From positions 61,252,065 to 61,316,064 of the forward strand of contig NC_068990.1 in the NCBI RefSeq assembly GCF_001194135.2: a stretch of 64,000 nucleotides of DNA, written 5' to 3'. Each line of letters begins with the position of its first letter. Position 1 is the first letter of the stretch. Below the pieces are notes generated by a model that made no database searches, was not told the DNA's origin, and saw nothing but the letters and a program-made list of their open reading frames with translations. The translations under genes and the position numbers were made by a program. This document shows positions 38,661-54,249 of this stretch, piece by piece. The stretch is from Octopus bimaculoides (taxonomy: Eukaryota).

Positions 38661-39060
38661 CAGGTGCAGGCGTGGTTATGAGGTAAGAAGCTTGCTTCCC
38701 AAGCACATGGTTCTGGGTTTAGTACCTTGGGCATCTTCTAGTATAGCTTCAAGCCGACCAAAGCCTTGTGACCAGATATGGTAGACAAAAACTCAAAAAA
38801 AGCCCATTGTATGTATATATATATATATATTTACGTGTCTTTGTTTGTCACCTCACCATTGCTTGACAACCAATGTTGGTGTGTTTACATCTTCATAACT
38901 TAGCAGTTTGGCAAAAAAAAAAAAATTGATAGAATAAGAACTAGGCTTACAAAGACTAAATCTTGGGGTCAATTTCTTAGACTAAAAAACCCTTTAAGGC
39001 AGTGTTCCAGCATGGCTGCAGTCACACGACTGAAACAAATAAAACAATGAAAGAAAACAT
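38661..39060 (+). mobile_element. SINE family A, preceded by an inverted family A tail (38575-38660)
   Basis: Complete layout of head, core and tail. Confidence 0.85.
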
Positions 39061-40462
39061 ACACACACACACATATATATATATACACATACATGTATAA
39101 GGGGCAAACACACTGAAGCTAGTCTATAGATGCCAGACCAGCAAGGAGAAGCGGCTGACCTCCCCTGTTCGAAGGTTATAATGGACACAGGTTCGTGTGT
39201 CACATAGCTAGCTAGAGGCAATGGCCTCTTGGAGCTAATCAACAGCAGCATTTGTCCTATTTTTGGGACTGCCATGTTGGCTTGGCGATAACTATTAATA
39301 TCCAGTACCGCTGCCGTAGTCTCCTTTAGAGAGACTTAGAAATATTAATATCTCTATATACATATATAGCCAGGCTATCAAATGTTGTTATAGACTGCTG
39401 CACACAATGCACTTCCTTGCATTGATGTAGGACTTGAGTGATGTCATCTTGCTGACTTGGAAGATAGGCCAATATTTACCCTGAATGGAATATTAGTCCA
39501 TGACAGTGTTACCTGTTGACAGCTGAGTGGACAAGAGCAATGTGTAATGAAGGGTTTCGTTAAAGAACCCAATGCACTGTGGACCCTGGGTATTGAAACA
39601 AACATCTCAAGATCATGAGCCACAACACCACATATCCATATGCATAGAGATGTGGAAGGCAATGGCAGTAAAAAAAAACAAAAAAACCTGTGTGTTAATT
39701 ATATTGGCATGATGACTCTCCCTAGACACAACAAAATTTGTTTCAACACACAAGTTCACATAAAGAATCTTGCAAACCAGATACAAAAATGAAGCAAAAT
39801 AAGTGTCAAAATTCTGGAATCACTACAACCATGTGAAGTACTTGAAAACAGTGACCCAACATGGTCACAGTCCAACGGTTGAAAGAAGTAAAATTATACT
39901 CCAGCCTTACATTAGAGGGAAAGACAGACCTTTGGTAGCATGCCGTGAATCCAGATAGAGAGAATCAGGGATCATTAAGGCCACCTTTTGAAGCAGCACT
40001 TTTAAGTTTGAGAACTGAATGTTGCCAATCTGAGAAGCAGTCACCCTTGTATTCTACACTTTACATGTTTTGCTTCATATATGTATCTATTACTCTTTCT
40101 CTCTCTCTCACTCTGTCTTCTAACTCTCTCCCACTGGGATGGCCAAGTATTTCCCCTGTAGTAAGACAACTATCTATCCTACCATACCAGCATTTCTCAA
40201 CCGGGGTTCCCTGGAACCCTAGGATTCTGTAAGAAAGAGTGAGATAAGCTAATTTCTTGACTATTATATATATATCGAAACGTCGAGTTAGAATAGAGGC
40301 AGCTGATGAATAATTCCAAATGGCTATCTGTTTTCCTATGTGTTCGTTCCGTTATCTGTAGTTCATTGTTCTAACGTCCTGTACCCTGATATGCATCTAT
40401 ATACACATGTAGATGAAAGTATATACATATATGTGTGTATACATGCATATATATATTTTTTG

Positions 40463-40499
<37 letters not shown>

Positions 40500-41489
40500 A
40501 CGTGAACTACGATGAAAAAATATGAGAAAGATATGGTGTTGTGCAGGGGTTCCTTGAGACATGTATTTTAAGGGTTACGCAATGGTAAAAAGGTTAAGAG
40601 ACACTGCTCTAACCTAGCACACAGTCACTTCCCTTGATTCCACTTTCTCTTTCAACTAAGAGATCTTTGCCTTACAAGTTAGTTACTCGGCAACCCCACT
40701 GGTGCCATGTAAAAAGCATACTGTACACTCTGTAATGTGGTTGGTGTTAGGAAAGGCATCCAGCCATAAAACAAAAAAAAGCCAAAAGAGACAATTTGGA
40801 GCCTGGTCCAGCCGGTAAACCTTCTGGCTTGCCAGCTCACATCAAAAACCATCCATCCCATATCAGCATGAAAAGCAGACATTAAATGATGAGAATGATG
40901 ACTGAATGTATGCCAGTTGTGTTCAAGTATGTGCTTAACACCCAAAGTTGTTTCAAGTTGTAGTTCAGTATTAGTTAAGCCTTTAAGACAGATCTATGAT
41001 TGACAGTCTTTCTAGCAATGACAATCCCATCCTATTTTTACACATAGTATAACTACGATTACATTATCTAAAATGTCCTTTATTTTAGAGGATAGGGTGT
41101 AATTTGCTCTTTTGAGAGATTTCAGCTGCTATTTCTAGCATGTCAAACGACTCAGTAGAGAATCCCGCTTTGGTCTATTTTACCAGTGGATGGATATGTT
41201 GTAAGTACTATTTAGAACATAAACATCCGACAACTGCTACATGTACATCACAGCCTTTGATTATTATGATTTTCCTGCATAGGTCGTCTCATTATCATGG
41301 AAATACATTGCAGTCAATTACGATATGCTGAACCAGTCACAATGGAACGGGAGACAGACGACTGAGGGTTTGTGGTCCATGGTTGAATACAGGTACTGCT
41401 TCACTTTCCCATACAAAAGAAAATTAATTCAGCACTAAAAGACACGCACTCAATTTTACAGTGCTGCCAATTCTGAGAGCAACATACTA

Positions 41490-41820
41490 TGTTTTTACCT
41501 TTATTAGACTGCACCACCTCAAACTTTTTTAGTTGAACGAATCAATCCCCAGTATTCATTTTTGTTTTAAGCCTGGTACTTATTAAATTGTTCTTTTTAG
41601 CTGAACTGTTATGTTATGGGAACATAAACACCAACACTGGCTGTCAAGCAGTAATGATGGACAAGCATGAAGACACAAACACACATGTGTATATACAGAC
41701 ACAACAGGCTTTTTTTTTTTCAGTTTACCTCAACCAAATCCACTTACAAGGATTTGGTTGGCCCTACCCTATAGTAGAAGACACTTGCCCAAGGTGCTAT
41801 GCAGTGGGACTGAACCAAAA
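41490..41820 (-). mobile_element. SINE family A (decayed)
   Basis: Family A homology. Confidence 0.75.
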
Positions 41821-44800
41821 ACTATCCATGTGCTTATTCTTCCTATCTTAACATAAAGTACAAATTAACAGCTAGGTAGGTAGACCTGGCCACTTGAGCA
41901 TTAAATATCTTATTCACTAAGACAGTATAGTCTCAGTGACATGCATGCAGTTTATTATGAAGCACAAGATATTGGTTATGTGAAAAATGAATCCAACACA
42001 GGTCAGATGTATTACATGATAAATTCATTATATAGCTTATAGATGACAAATTAGTCTTTTCCCAGTGAGGTAACAACACACAATTCTTAAATAATTAAAT
42101 ATAGTTGATTAGCTTCTAAGTTACTTCAAGATTACATATCAGTTTAGTGTTTTGGAGAAATTTCAACAGTAAGCTATTGACGATTCATCACCATTTATCA
42201 TCCATTTTCCTTGCTGACAATGGGTTGGATGACTTTACAGGAGGTGACAAGGTCAGGAACTGGCAAAGCCAGAAGCTACATCAGGTTCCATTGTCTGTTT
42301 TGGCATGGTTTCTACAGCTGGATGCCCTAACACTAACCACTTTACAGAGTATACTGAGTGCTTCTTACGTGGAACCATCACCAGTGCTTTTTACATGGCA
42401 CCAGGACCAGCACCAACAGGGTCACTATGTACTCAGCAGTCCCCATCCATTTTTGGACAATAGACTAGCATTATGCAAGACAATTTTTCCAAGGGCCAAA
42501 ATATCACATGCATAACAAAACACAAAGTGCATAATATATATATATATATAAAATGCAAATGTAATTATAACATTGTATATTATGCACTTTATTGCTACTA
42601 TTATTACATTTTAATATGCATTATAATACAAAATTTAAAAATTCATCTTTTCTGTGCAACCGGGTACTGGTCAGCAGCCTGATGGTTGGAGACCACTTGC
42701 TCTAAGTCATTTAAATAAACTTGCAGATTTGAAAAGCATTGGATAGAATGGAACTGTGGCATTTTTTTCCAAATTTCTGCTCTCTGAGATCAAATCCTGT
42801 TAAAGTCAACTTTGCCTTTTATCCTTTCAGAGTTGATACAGTAAAGTCCAGGGTCGTGGATAAGTGAATTTCTTAGAACAGAGGAGAGGATGTTTTGCCA
42901 TATCTGTTCCAGCTCTGTGTTCTTAGTTGAAAACCTGTCTCCTATAACTGGATGCAAAAAGAAAAAGAACAGTGACACACTGTCAAGAACAGCCATCCAC
43001 CTATAAAACCAGCAATGCAAAAACCAATGAAAACATAAGTTACTTGGTTCGTCCAACAGTTTTGCTGCTACTGTGACATGTCATGTTTCATCTAAACTAC
43101 AAAACACAAAGATCACCATTTCATATGCACTTTTCCATGCTGGTATGGGTTGGGTGTGTCATCAGTTTGAGTTAATTTAGTAACACCAAAGAACTAACTT
43201 GAACTGATGACTTGTCCAACCCATATCAATATGGAAAAGCAAACATTGATGTTCAACCTATGATCAAAAGGTATTGTAACCATCACCATCTTGTCTCACT
43301 CTTTTCAAGATGGTAGAGTGTAATTTAAGGAAGATTTAGTTTACTATTCCTAGCAGTACAGTGACCACCTTTAAAAAGAATTTAAGATCAAAATATAAAA
43401 TGATTGCCTCTGTGCTACTGATAACTCCTTCCCATTTACATTTTAGCCAGACGAATCAGACAGTGCTGTAGCTGGAACGCTTTCAGAATTAAGGTGACCT
43501 ATCACTCTCTTTTTTCTTGCATCAAGTGTATTTGAGAGCTTAAGTGAATAAAAATACGCTCTCATTAAAGACAAAGTAGTCTAGGATTAATAAAGCCCAT
43601 AGATACCAAATAAGCAATAACAAAATATTATGTATTACGTTTTTAGGTAAGGTACTTCATTTCGTATTGTTCTAGTTGACTCAGCTGAAAGTGAAACGCA
43701 TTTACTACATAATGGCAATTTTACAGACTGTTAAGCCAAAATCTTCCCAATGCAAGACATCAGTAATCCTTGATGGCACAGTGGATGATGCTGATGATAT
43801 TGTCAGAAGACTGGTACATTGTGTAAAAGAAAAAGGAAACAAACCTTCCTTTTTCATCTAAGGAAATTTATAAAATTTATGATTGCCAAATATTCTCTGA
43901 ATATAACCTAAATTTTTACAATCTGACAAGTCAATATGTCATAAAGGCTATTCAGGTTATGGAACATATCTCGTTAAATTTTATTAGAGCTAAACAATTA
44001 GTTCCCTCACTTCTCTTGGTTCCACTCCTCCTTCAGCTGAGAGGTCTTTGCCTTCCAAGCTAGTTGGCGACCACGTGGGTACTGGTGCCACATAAAAAGC
44101 ACCCAGTACACTGTGTAAAGTAGTTGGCATTAGGAAAGGTATACAGCCATAGAAACCATGCCAGAACAGACAATTGGAGCCTAGTGGAATTCTCAGGCTT
44201 GCCAGCGCCTGTCAAACTGTCCAACCTAAGCCAGCATGGAAAACAGACATCAGACAATGAATAGCAACATAGATATTGTGTATGATATCAATCCTATAGT
44301 GTAGAAAGCTTGACTACATGAGACTAGCTTTTGTTTAAAAAAAAAAAACAGCAATGGAATAGTAGACACTGTCTTTCTTTCCAATTTGTCATGATGTTCA
44401 ACATTTCCAGAAAGCTTGCAGAGTCAGACACACCAGATCCTAATCTCAATTAACTATCTTGGCTTTTATTCTTTGTTACATGAGAATGCTCTTTCTCAAG
44501 AGGGAGATTATTTCCACAGCAGAGTTAGTGAAATTATTTTAATAAATCTGCTATACTTATGAACATCAATATTTAACCCGTTAGCAATAAAGAGACCATA
44601 CCTGGCCCCAAATGTGCTGTTTTATATTCAAACTTGCTAGATCCAGCCTCTCACACCTACCCTACATCATCATTTAAAGTCCATTTTCCATGCTGGCTTG
44701 GGTTGGACAGTTTGACAGGAGCTGCACCAGGTTCTAATTGTCTGCTTTGGCATGGTTTCTATGGCTAGATGCCCTTCCTAATGCAAACCACTTTACAGAG

Positions 44801-46415
44801 CATACTGAGTGCTTTTTATGTGACACCATCACAGGAGCTTTTTACATGGCATCAGCACCAGTGCTTTTTATATGGCGCCAGTACAGGCGCATGGCATTCT
44901 AAAAATAAATCACATCATCAAAATCTCAAAGCTACAAGATAATGCATGATTAATTAAAAACAAAGCATTACAATTGACAGAATAATCTGAATGCTAAAGG
45001 GTTTAAGAAAACGGTCAAGTTGAGACTTCATCTGTAATTTATTATTTTGCAGTTCAATAGTTTCTTTCTTCTGAAATGACATCAAATGTTGAGATACTGT
45101 CTTCTGTAATGTGTCATGTATCACATGGTGGGTGAGTTCTTCCTAAAACTGGAAACTCAGCTGTACAATTAGTCGTTGAATAAAGTCTTCAGTATACAGA
45201 CCATTTACTATTATTTCTAACTAGCCTAAAAGCTGCACTCTGTGCGGACTTTTAAGCTAGCTCCTGTGGAGGCTAACTGGGCCTGCAGCCCAAAATTGAA
45301 GAGAGCGATAATAATAAAACATTTATTGGTACCCTACCAATATGGTATTACTTTAAATTGAGTTTAAATGAAAAATTTCTAAGTTCACAAATAATTTTGG
45401 GAGTTAAAATTTGAGTTTTCAACTCTTAGCATATAGCAAATCCTCATCCAGACCTGATCCTAATACTGGATGTTCAAGAACCAAATGAAGGACAGATTTT
45501 CAATCCCGGAATCATCCTGATACCCCAAAAAGTATATGTCTATGTAGACTGAGATACAGGGGTCCTGGATGGACATATAGACAAAATTTCATGTTTATTA
45601 CTATAGATAACAGCTATTACAAACAATATTGTCAGGGTAGGAGGCAGGGTGAAAGCCATGTGTTCCATTTGGAAGAGTCTCACCACCTAGTCCTCAACTT
45701 TTAAATGCATAATAAAATATATTACACAGCCATAGACAAGTGAACAGACATGTAATCCAGGAATTCAGAAATGTAGTTGCTGTTAGTCAACCCTTTGATA
45801 TTACTTGGTAAACACTTTAATGTGATGTTGTCATCAGGTATAGAGTGATTTTACTAAAGTCTATACTTTACAAATGTTTATCTTTGTTAGGTTTGTCTCC
45901 AGATAAATCTTTATTAAATAATATTAAGCAGAATAGTATATCCGACTAGGGCCTACAAGAGAAATTCTACATGGCAAAACAAGACTACTTTTGGGACCGG
46001 GAAGTGGAGTTCCTTTCAAAATTCAAGAAGACGTTGAAATCATTTATTTATTTGCTTTTGAGGAGGAGGCCAGTCATGGCCTCCTCCTCATGGGTCCCTC
46101 CTTAGTTCTCTAGACCCCTGACTAATATAACAGCTGATCCTTGCTCTTACAGACCTTACATTTGACTCAAGTGTGTGGAAGAACAACTGATAGTTAGAAC
46201 AAAGTTTATCACCGATGAACATTGTTTTAACAATCTAGGGTGAAATCATTCAGAAAATCAATAAAACCTCTAATTAAAAATGGGCATTTAGACATGTGAA
46301 TTAGATCTTTAATAATTCTGGCCTTTGATTGCCACTATCCAGATACAAAATCAAGCAGATAAATCAGAGAAAATCAGACAACATAAGATCAGTTCTCATA
46401 TAGAGATCTATAAAG

Positions 46416-46521
46416 CAGTCATGGGCAAACTGTGATCTATGGGTCCTTAACTAGTGCAGCCCACCTGATGATGAACCATGTCTCCTATGGCCCACCTCTT
46501 GATAAAGGTTGCCCATGCCTG
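46416..46521. mobile_element. 106-bp hAT-type MITE
   Basis: TIRs CAGTCATGGGCAAAC / GGTTGCCCATGCCTG and an 8-bp TSD ctataaag / ctgtaaag. Confidence 0.85.
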
Positions 46522-49500
46522 CTGTAAAGTATTCACCAAAGTACAACATCAAGTATCTGCCCTTCTCTTCATAGTTTACTAAATTCTTTCTACAGCCTCT
46601 TTATTGTAAACCTTCCATTATCATATTTCTGTTGAAATATGCTGCTTTTGTGTTAGTATATTTTAAATAAAGAAGCATTTAGTAAAAGAACTTTGTCACT
46701 ATTAATGCTTTGGAGACAAGCGCTTCATCTGGAGTTTCAGTGCCAAGAAGACAGAGCCCTTTTCACAAGCCCTATGGAGGGCATGTACTTGTTTTTCAAA
46801 AAGAATTATAGAAATAAAGTAATTACTTTACATATATAAGACTATATATATTCTTGTAGGAAATTGAATGAACTAACACAATTTTCTTCATCATTCGACT
46901 TTTCAGTCGATAAACCAGCCCTATCATCTCCTAAGGGTTAAACGACTGTTTGAAACATTAACATGAAGATCCTTGAAGGAAGGTTTTAATTTAGATTGCT
47001 TTAATTTAGAAACATTGTATCGTAAAACTAGGAATGGTTTCAGGCAGGTTGATATCAAAAGGTCAATCAAAAGGAAGATTCCAAAAATTACTTTTGGTAA
47101 CATTCACACAACATTTAAGCATATCTCTTAAAGTTATTAGATATAGAACCATGAGTAGCAAGAAATATAATCTGGACAAATATGTTTATGAGAAAGGACT
47201 GCAGACATTTTCAGAACTAGAGGGGAAAAAATTGAATAATCTTCAATAAACTTTACAAGAATTTATTTAACAACCGAGTAAAAGCTTCTAAAGTTCCTTT
47301 AATGGAATTTGAGAGAAGTTTCATATAATGGGTAATTTCAAAAACTATAACACTATATATGTGCACATGAAGCAGCTGTTTTTGCATGTGTTGTTCCGAA
47401 AGGTTTCTGAACAAAAGAAAATAACGGTAAGTGTTTCCTTCAAACTTTCATTTCATATTTCATAAGACAGTTGATATTCAAAAGAAAACCGGGCTCAGTT
47501 TATTGGCTAATCATTGGAAACAAGCAATTCTGAGTACTGGAAATGGAAGCCTTTCAGTTATGATGTATTAAAGAATACTCTACATCTGTATTGAGTCCTG
47601 TAAATCATTGCTTCTAGTGATCAACAGAGATTTATATAAGGAATTGCACAAGATATTTGGAAAATAGAAAAGATAATCTAGTTTAGTGGTTTTAGAAGGA
47701 TAACTAAGGCTATGATCAATGTATCAATTTGTTATATAGACCTCTGTAGACTAAAGCATTGCTGAAGAGGTTATTCACATAACACAGAAATAAATGTAAG
47801 CAATATGATGAAGATGTCTAACAAAAGATTAAGTAGTTTGATATTAACAGTTACTTGATCATTTAAAGACATTAACACAATTTTAATACTACAACAAATA
47901 TTAACTCTTGTGGTTTCTGTCAGTGGTATTGTTTAGCAAAACCAACTTTGCCTTTCACATTTCATACTTCTGAGGTCAATAAAAACAAAACAAAAAAAAA
48001 ATACCAATTCAGGACTAGCAATGTTTAAGGATTCCTGCAACATATAATACAACTTCTTAAGCTTTTACCATCAAAACTTACAAAAATATTTTAAGTAAAA
48101 TACGAAATTAAAATTTCCAAGAGATTATATAAAACTAGTAGCTGTTTTTGATAGGACACAAGATTATCAAAAACCAGTATTTTTTTTTCCACTTTAGTAA
48201 TTCTTAATCATAGCCAAACACTGGCAGCCTGATTTAGCACAATTCAAAACATCCAAAAGGTGAAAAATATGGAAAAGAAATAAAGAACTGAAGACCTGGT
48301 TTTAAATTATTGTACACTATAATAATATCATCAGAGAAATATTCAATACACACTTATCACAAACAGAGTAAAAAGGGATCGCTACCTGGGTAATGACTGC
48401 AGAAAATCAGGGAGTTGGATATTAACCTGGAGTTCTTTAGATCAGTAGTCACAGTAAAGATTTGCAGAAAAAAAAAACAGAGAACAGTTACAGTCCAATA
48501 GAGTAGTGCTGCTATATCTTGAGCTGGTGAAAAAGAAAAAAAAGAGAGAAAAAGTAATTATTATAAATTTATTACCAGTACTAAGCTTAATGTAAAATGA
48601 TTTATAAACATAAACCAAAATTTTAAGACTATCTTTGAGATAAAGGAGATTGGTGTATATTTTTGCTTTTAGGTACACCAGAAACAAGTGTCTGTTGACA
48701 GTAAGGATTATATGTAAATACATAATGTATTGTTCTGTTATTAGAGGGATCAACAAAAATGAAAAAAAAAAAAAGATCCCATCCAGTGAGAGATAAATAT
48801 TTAATATTCACAGGAATTTAAATGCAAGCTGGTATATATTTCCTGAAACTTACAGTGGGTCATACATAAATCCTGTGTGTCTTAAACAGAATATATATTA
48901 TCATTAGTCCATGTGCCATTGTTGATAATGACCAAGGACATCACATGGTGGAAGTAGATAGCACACAGTATGTCTGGCTTATGATCAATACGTTTGATGC
49001 ACTCTCAGAAGGCTCTACCGCAGGTTGAGTCCTGGTGGTCTGCTAGGACTGAAGGCAAGAAGTTGGCTCAGAACTTGCAGTTCATATTTTCTCAGTATGT
49101 GTGTGTATATATATGTCCATGTTTGTTTATATATATATGTATGTATATATATATATATATATACACACCATCATTGTTTAACATCTGTTTTCCATGGGAT
49201 GGACAGTTTGACTGAAGACTGGCAAGCCAGGAGGTTGCACCAGGTTACAATCTGATCTGGCAAGGTTTCTACAGTTGGATGGCCCTTCCTAACACCAACC
49301 ACTCCGAGAGTGTAGTGGGTGCTTTTTACGTGCCACTGGCACAGGAGCCGGTCAAGTGGCACTAGCATCAGCCATGGGCTTTTTACATGCTATTGCACAG
49401 GAACCAGTTGGAGCGGGGGACTGGCATTGACCTATTTGGGATGGTGCTTGGCGGCACTGACATCAACCCACGCATAAATGTGCCACCAGCAAGGGAGCTA

Positions 49501-49610
49501 GTCAGGCAGCTCTGGCATCGTCCAGAACTACAATTTCCATTTTCATTTCAATTTCATTGAGATTGCGATTTTGATTTTTAATTTTCCTTGACTCAATAGG
49601 TCTCCTCAAC

Positions 49611-51985
49611 AATATGGACAGCATTCATGATGTGAAAACGACGCCGACATTACTCTCGGATCACAACATATGTTTGGGCCAAAAGTAGCGAGAGACATAC
49701 AGCCTAGAAGAAGCACCCAAAATCGCTCCAATCTGAACTTCCACAAAGCAGACTGGAAATCAATCCAAAATGAGATCCTCAGACAGGACTGGCTGAAATG
49801 TCACTCCACACCAGACATTGGCATGAAACTAGAATATTTCATGTCTGTTGTGCAAGTCATATGCCAGAAATATGTCTCAGAGCACAAGGCCAAAACAAAT
49901 AGGAACAAGATTCCAAGGGAGAGGAAGATCCTTATGAGACGACGGACGAAGGTTGCAAATCGACTCAACCAGCATCCCAAAAGTAGTGAAAGGTCCTGCC
50001 TAAAAACAACACTGATGGAGATTGAAAAATGGCTGCAACAATCCTATGTAAGGGAGAGAGCAGACAAAGAAGTCTGGGTTATAAAAAACATCAAGTCAAA
50101 CCCAAAGGCCTTCTTTCATTACATGAAAGAAACAGTCTCCCTACGCTGCAAGATAGGACCCTTCTTCCAAAAGGATGGCTCCCTCACAGACAATCCAACC
50201 AGGATCAGTGAGGTGCTGAATGACCAGTTCAAAAGTGTCTTTACCACCTGGTTAGAACACAGACAAGTGAACGAACAAGTGGACTTCTTTGCTGCCTCAC
50301 CTATAACCAGCGAGGTAGTTATGATGGAATAAATCGACATTAGCGAAGAAGATATACTACGAGCCAGAGATGAGGTGGATGCAAACTCAACTGCTGGTCC
50401 TGATGGTTTCCCAGCAATCCTCCTCAAATCGTGTAAGCATGCCCTTGCAAAACCCCTCCAGATTCTCTTCCAGAACATTCTTGCAAATGGCAGACTGCCA
50501 AGCAAGCTGAAGGAGGGAATAATATGCCCAATCTATAAAGGAGGGAGCAGAGCAGATGCCAAAAACTATAGGCCTATCTCTCTGACTTCACACATCAGCA
50601 AAGTCATGGAACAGATAGTCAGAGAGAAACTAATCGCATTCCTTGAAGAAAATAACTTGCTGAGTGATACCAAGCATGGCTTTCGACCAGGTAGGAGCTG
50701 CCTTACTCAGCTCTTACAACATTATGACTGGGTGTTGAGGCAGTTACTCAAAAACTCAAATGTGGACATAATATACCTTGATTTTGCAAAAGCTTTTGAC
50801 AAAGTGGATCATGGTGTGATATGTCACAAACTGTATGATCTCAGCATAGCTGGAAAGCTTGGAGAGTGGTTAAATGGTTTTCTGAAAGATAGAAGTAAGG
50901 CAGTAGTCGCCAATGGAGCCACCTCAATGAAAACACAAATAGTGAGCGATGTTCCACAGGGTATTGTCTTGGGACCATTGCTTTTTATAGTGGACCACTC
51001 AGATATGCCCTCAACTGCCCAGATAGCAACCCTTGCAAGCTACGCAGACAATACGAAAGTCTCACAGAAAATACAGAACCCCAGCGATGTTGCACATCTG
51101 CAGCAGGAGATGCACTCAATTTACAGATGGGCTGAGGATAATAATATGCACTTTAATACTGAAAAATTCCAAGCCCTGCACTACCAGCATCCAAAACTGA
51201 ATACGAAACTTACAGGGTCCACAGGGAATTTCAATCCTAGAGCCTAAATCAGTGAGGGACCTGGGTATTGACACGAGTGATGATACCTCTTTCCAAGTGC
51301 ACATTACCAGGATGGCAACAAAGTGCAGACAACTGGCTGGATGGATCCTGAGAACATTCAGAACCGAGATAAAGAAACCATGATGGTCCTATATAGAGTA
51401 CATTTGTCCTCAGCCACCTGGATTACTGCTCCCAGCTATGGTCACCCAACTGTAAAATTAACAGCAGAGCTTGAAGCAATCCAGTGAAGCTTCACAAAGA
51501 TCGTCTCTTTGCAACTTCTCAGCTACTGGGAAAGGCTGAAACAGCTAAGACTCTACTCCCTGGAGCGAAGGTGAGAGAGGTATGCAGTACTATACATCTG
51601 GAAGGAATTGTGCCAAATTTTGGCATTGAAAGTTACACCAATACCAGAACGGGTTGAGACTGCATAGTGCCAAAGGTCCCAGCAATGCAATCGCACTCGA
51701 GGACCAGTTATTGCAACAGCCTGGGTTTCAGGGGTCCAAAGCTTTTTAATATTCTACAAAAGAGCATGTGGAACCTGCACAAAGTAGATGTAAGCATTTT
51801 TAAATCAAGGCTGGACCACTTCCTGCTGAGAGTCCAAAGAGGAACCTACATCACAGCAAGAGGTGCAAATGGGGGTAGCTACATCTAACTCAATTCTTCA
51901 CCAAGCACCACATATTGGAGGAGGCTCTCAGTAGCAAAACGGCGGTGCATCAGCATGGCCGCAGACCTGAGCTGAAACTACAGAG
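49611..51985 (+). mobile_element. 5'-truncated CR1-clade LINE (end of endonuclease, RT and 3' UTR), inactivated
   Basis: SDHNI endonuclease end. RT motifs AGPDG, NYRPISLTS, GFRPGRSC, YLDFAKAFDKV, VPQGIVLGPLLF and YADNTK. C-terminal CNSLGFRGPKLFN. Stops and frameshifts are present. Confidence 0.95.
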
Positions 51986-52155
51986 AGAAAAAATATACAC
52001 ACACACACACATATATATATATATAAAATATATATACATACAAATATACATAGACATATATAAACAAATATATATATATATGCATATACATATGTACACT
52101 TATACATACACATATATACACACATATATATATACATATATACATAAATATATAT

Positions 52156-52189
<34 letters not shown>

Positions 52190-54249
52190 ACACACACATA
52201 TATATATATATACATGTACATATATCCAAATATTATTATTATTACCTGACTGCCAAAGAAAGGGCAGTGTTAAAGTGTGCAATGTAAACAGTATCTATCA
52301 ACAATTGTATATTGTATACGCTTGTAAACTATATACACCACCACCACTACAAGACAATATTTGTGTTTGATAAAAAAAAAATAATAACTAGGACGATAAC
52401 AGTTTTATAAAAGAAAAAAACAGTAACAAGAAAATTCTCATCTGTAATAGAATATGTATACAAAAATTGAATTACTTTCAACAAAATATATACATGATTA
52501 AGCTTATGAGCAATAATCAGCGAAGAATACAAATGTTTCTAGCATCAGTTGCTAAGTTAGATTATGTAAATAACAACGAAACGGTGCCAATGCAATAGAA
52601 TGTCCGACAAAGTTGGCTGGCGAATGAGATCCATTGCTATTTCTTGAACTAAGGAGCAGGACAGAATGATTAAAACCTACACTGCAAAGATTGAAGAAAA
52701 TATAAAAAAAAGGCTAAAGTGTCCACTCTGGTACCATCACCACCAGCATTCACAACTCCATCATGGAGCCAATGAAATCACTATGCGACCGCTTGACCTC
52801 TAGAAATAATAGCCAGATACAATTTTAAGTGTGGAAAGGGACAGGGTCACTATGTCTTGAACATTAACGCAGAACTAAACAATAGCTAATACCAAATCTC
52901 ATTCATCAAATGAGAGAGAGCCTTTTCGTGGTCAATCGAATAGCAGGAAATAGCAGTTAAAGCTTCCTCAAATCACACTCTGTTAAATATGAGAAAGAAT
53001 ACATTAAATAATATAATCCTACATACTCCTAAAAAGACGAAGTGGACATAGTTGGAATGATTTGGGACTAAACATCAACCAATCCACTCAAAGCTACATC
53101 CAAAAGCCAGTCCATAGAAATGTATACACGTAGTCTATAATTTATGGACATCACATGTTATGGCGAGAATAAATAAATAACTGAAAAAATGCTAAATAAA
53201 TAGAAACATAACGATAGGTAAGCTGTCATCATGGATGTGATGAAACGAAATGTGATTTTATTTTTAAGTAAACAGAAGTTAGAAGCTTGTGTATCACGTT
53301 TTCAGTTCTAAATATGGGATACACTGAACATGTTGAAACGTTCTATGAATGAGATATAATAAAATAGATATGATAAAATACATAAACAAACAGGTGTAAA
53401 AAAAAGCTTTGATGTCGCTAAAGTGAAGAAGGAAGATATTTGAAATTTACGACTCGTACATTTGGGCCCATCAAAACATGTGGGAAGAGAAATACGAATT
53501 CAAATGTCCCAACTTAAGTAGAAAGTACGTGAGTACAGCATGTGGTGTGTGTGTTTTGGTACAGTTTAAGACAGTAGCTAGACACTAATAATTCCAAACA
53601 GAGCATATAAATAAATATATATATATGTTTAGGCCTATATTCTGAGTAAAATATAACACAAGCGATATATATATATATATATACGTGTGTATGTATGAGA
53701 ATGGTCGAAGTTAGAGGAAAATATTCATTCAAAACATAGTAGTTCGTAGCAAAAACAGTGTCAGGTGGAGATATTTCAGGGAAAGAAAAGAAGGGACTGA
53801 CAAATGAAAAATAAAATAAAATGATAATAAAATAGATGCACCGATGAAACAAACCGAGGGATTACAACATACCATCCGCTGAAGAAACCATCCTTTACTC
53901 CTTTTTTACCATTATGCATACACTAAAAGTATCAATAAGTTAATTTAAATGATACACATAAATACGTTTAATATTTTTAATGCGCAATATATAAAACAGT
54001 TGGCCCGTTCTGCTTGTGTATATTTCTATACACTGGAATTAAGTTTTCCTCAACCCCGTCTGAAAATAATTCACAAGAAATCTATAAAATAGATATGTTA
54101 AATAAAAACTTCTTTTTTTCCAGTCAGTATTCGACTTTTTTTTCGTCATGAATGATTATAATTATAAATAATAATAATTATTATCATTACTAAATATTGT
54201 TTTGTAGCTTCAGCAATAAACAAGTGAAAGCATGAAATAAGCTTGAAAG

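Noticed and set aside
43676-43861. 61-aa plus-strand ORF (VILDGTVDDADDIVRRLVHC)
   Set aside because: It starts at TTG, has no donor site and has no recognisable family.
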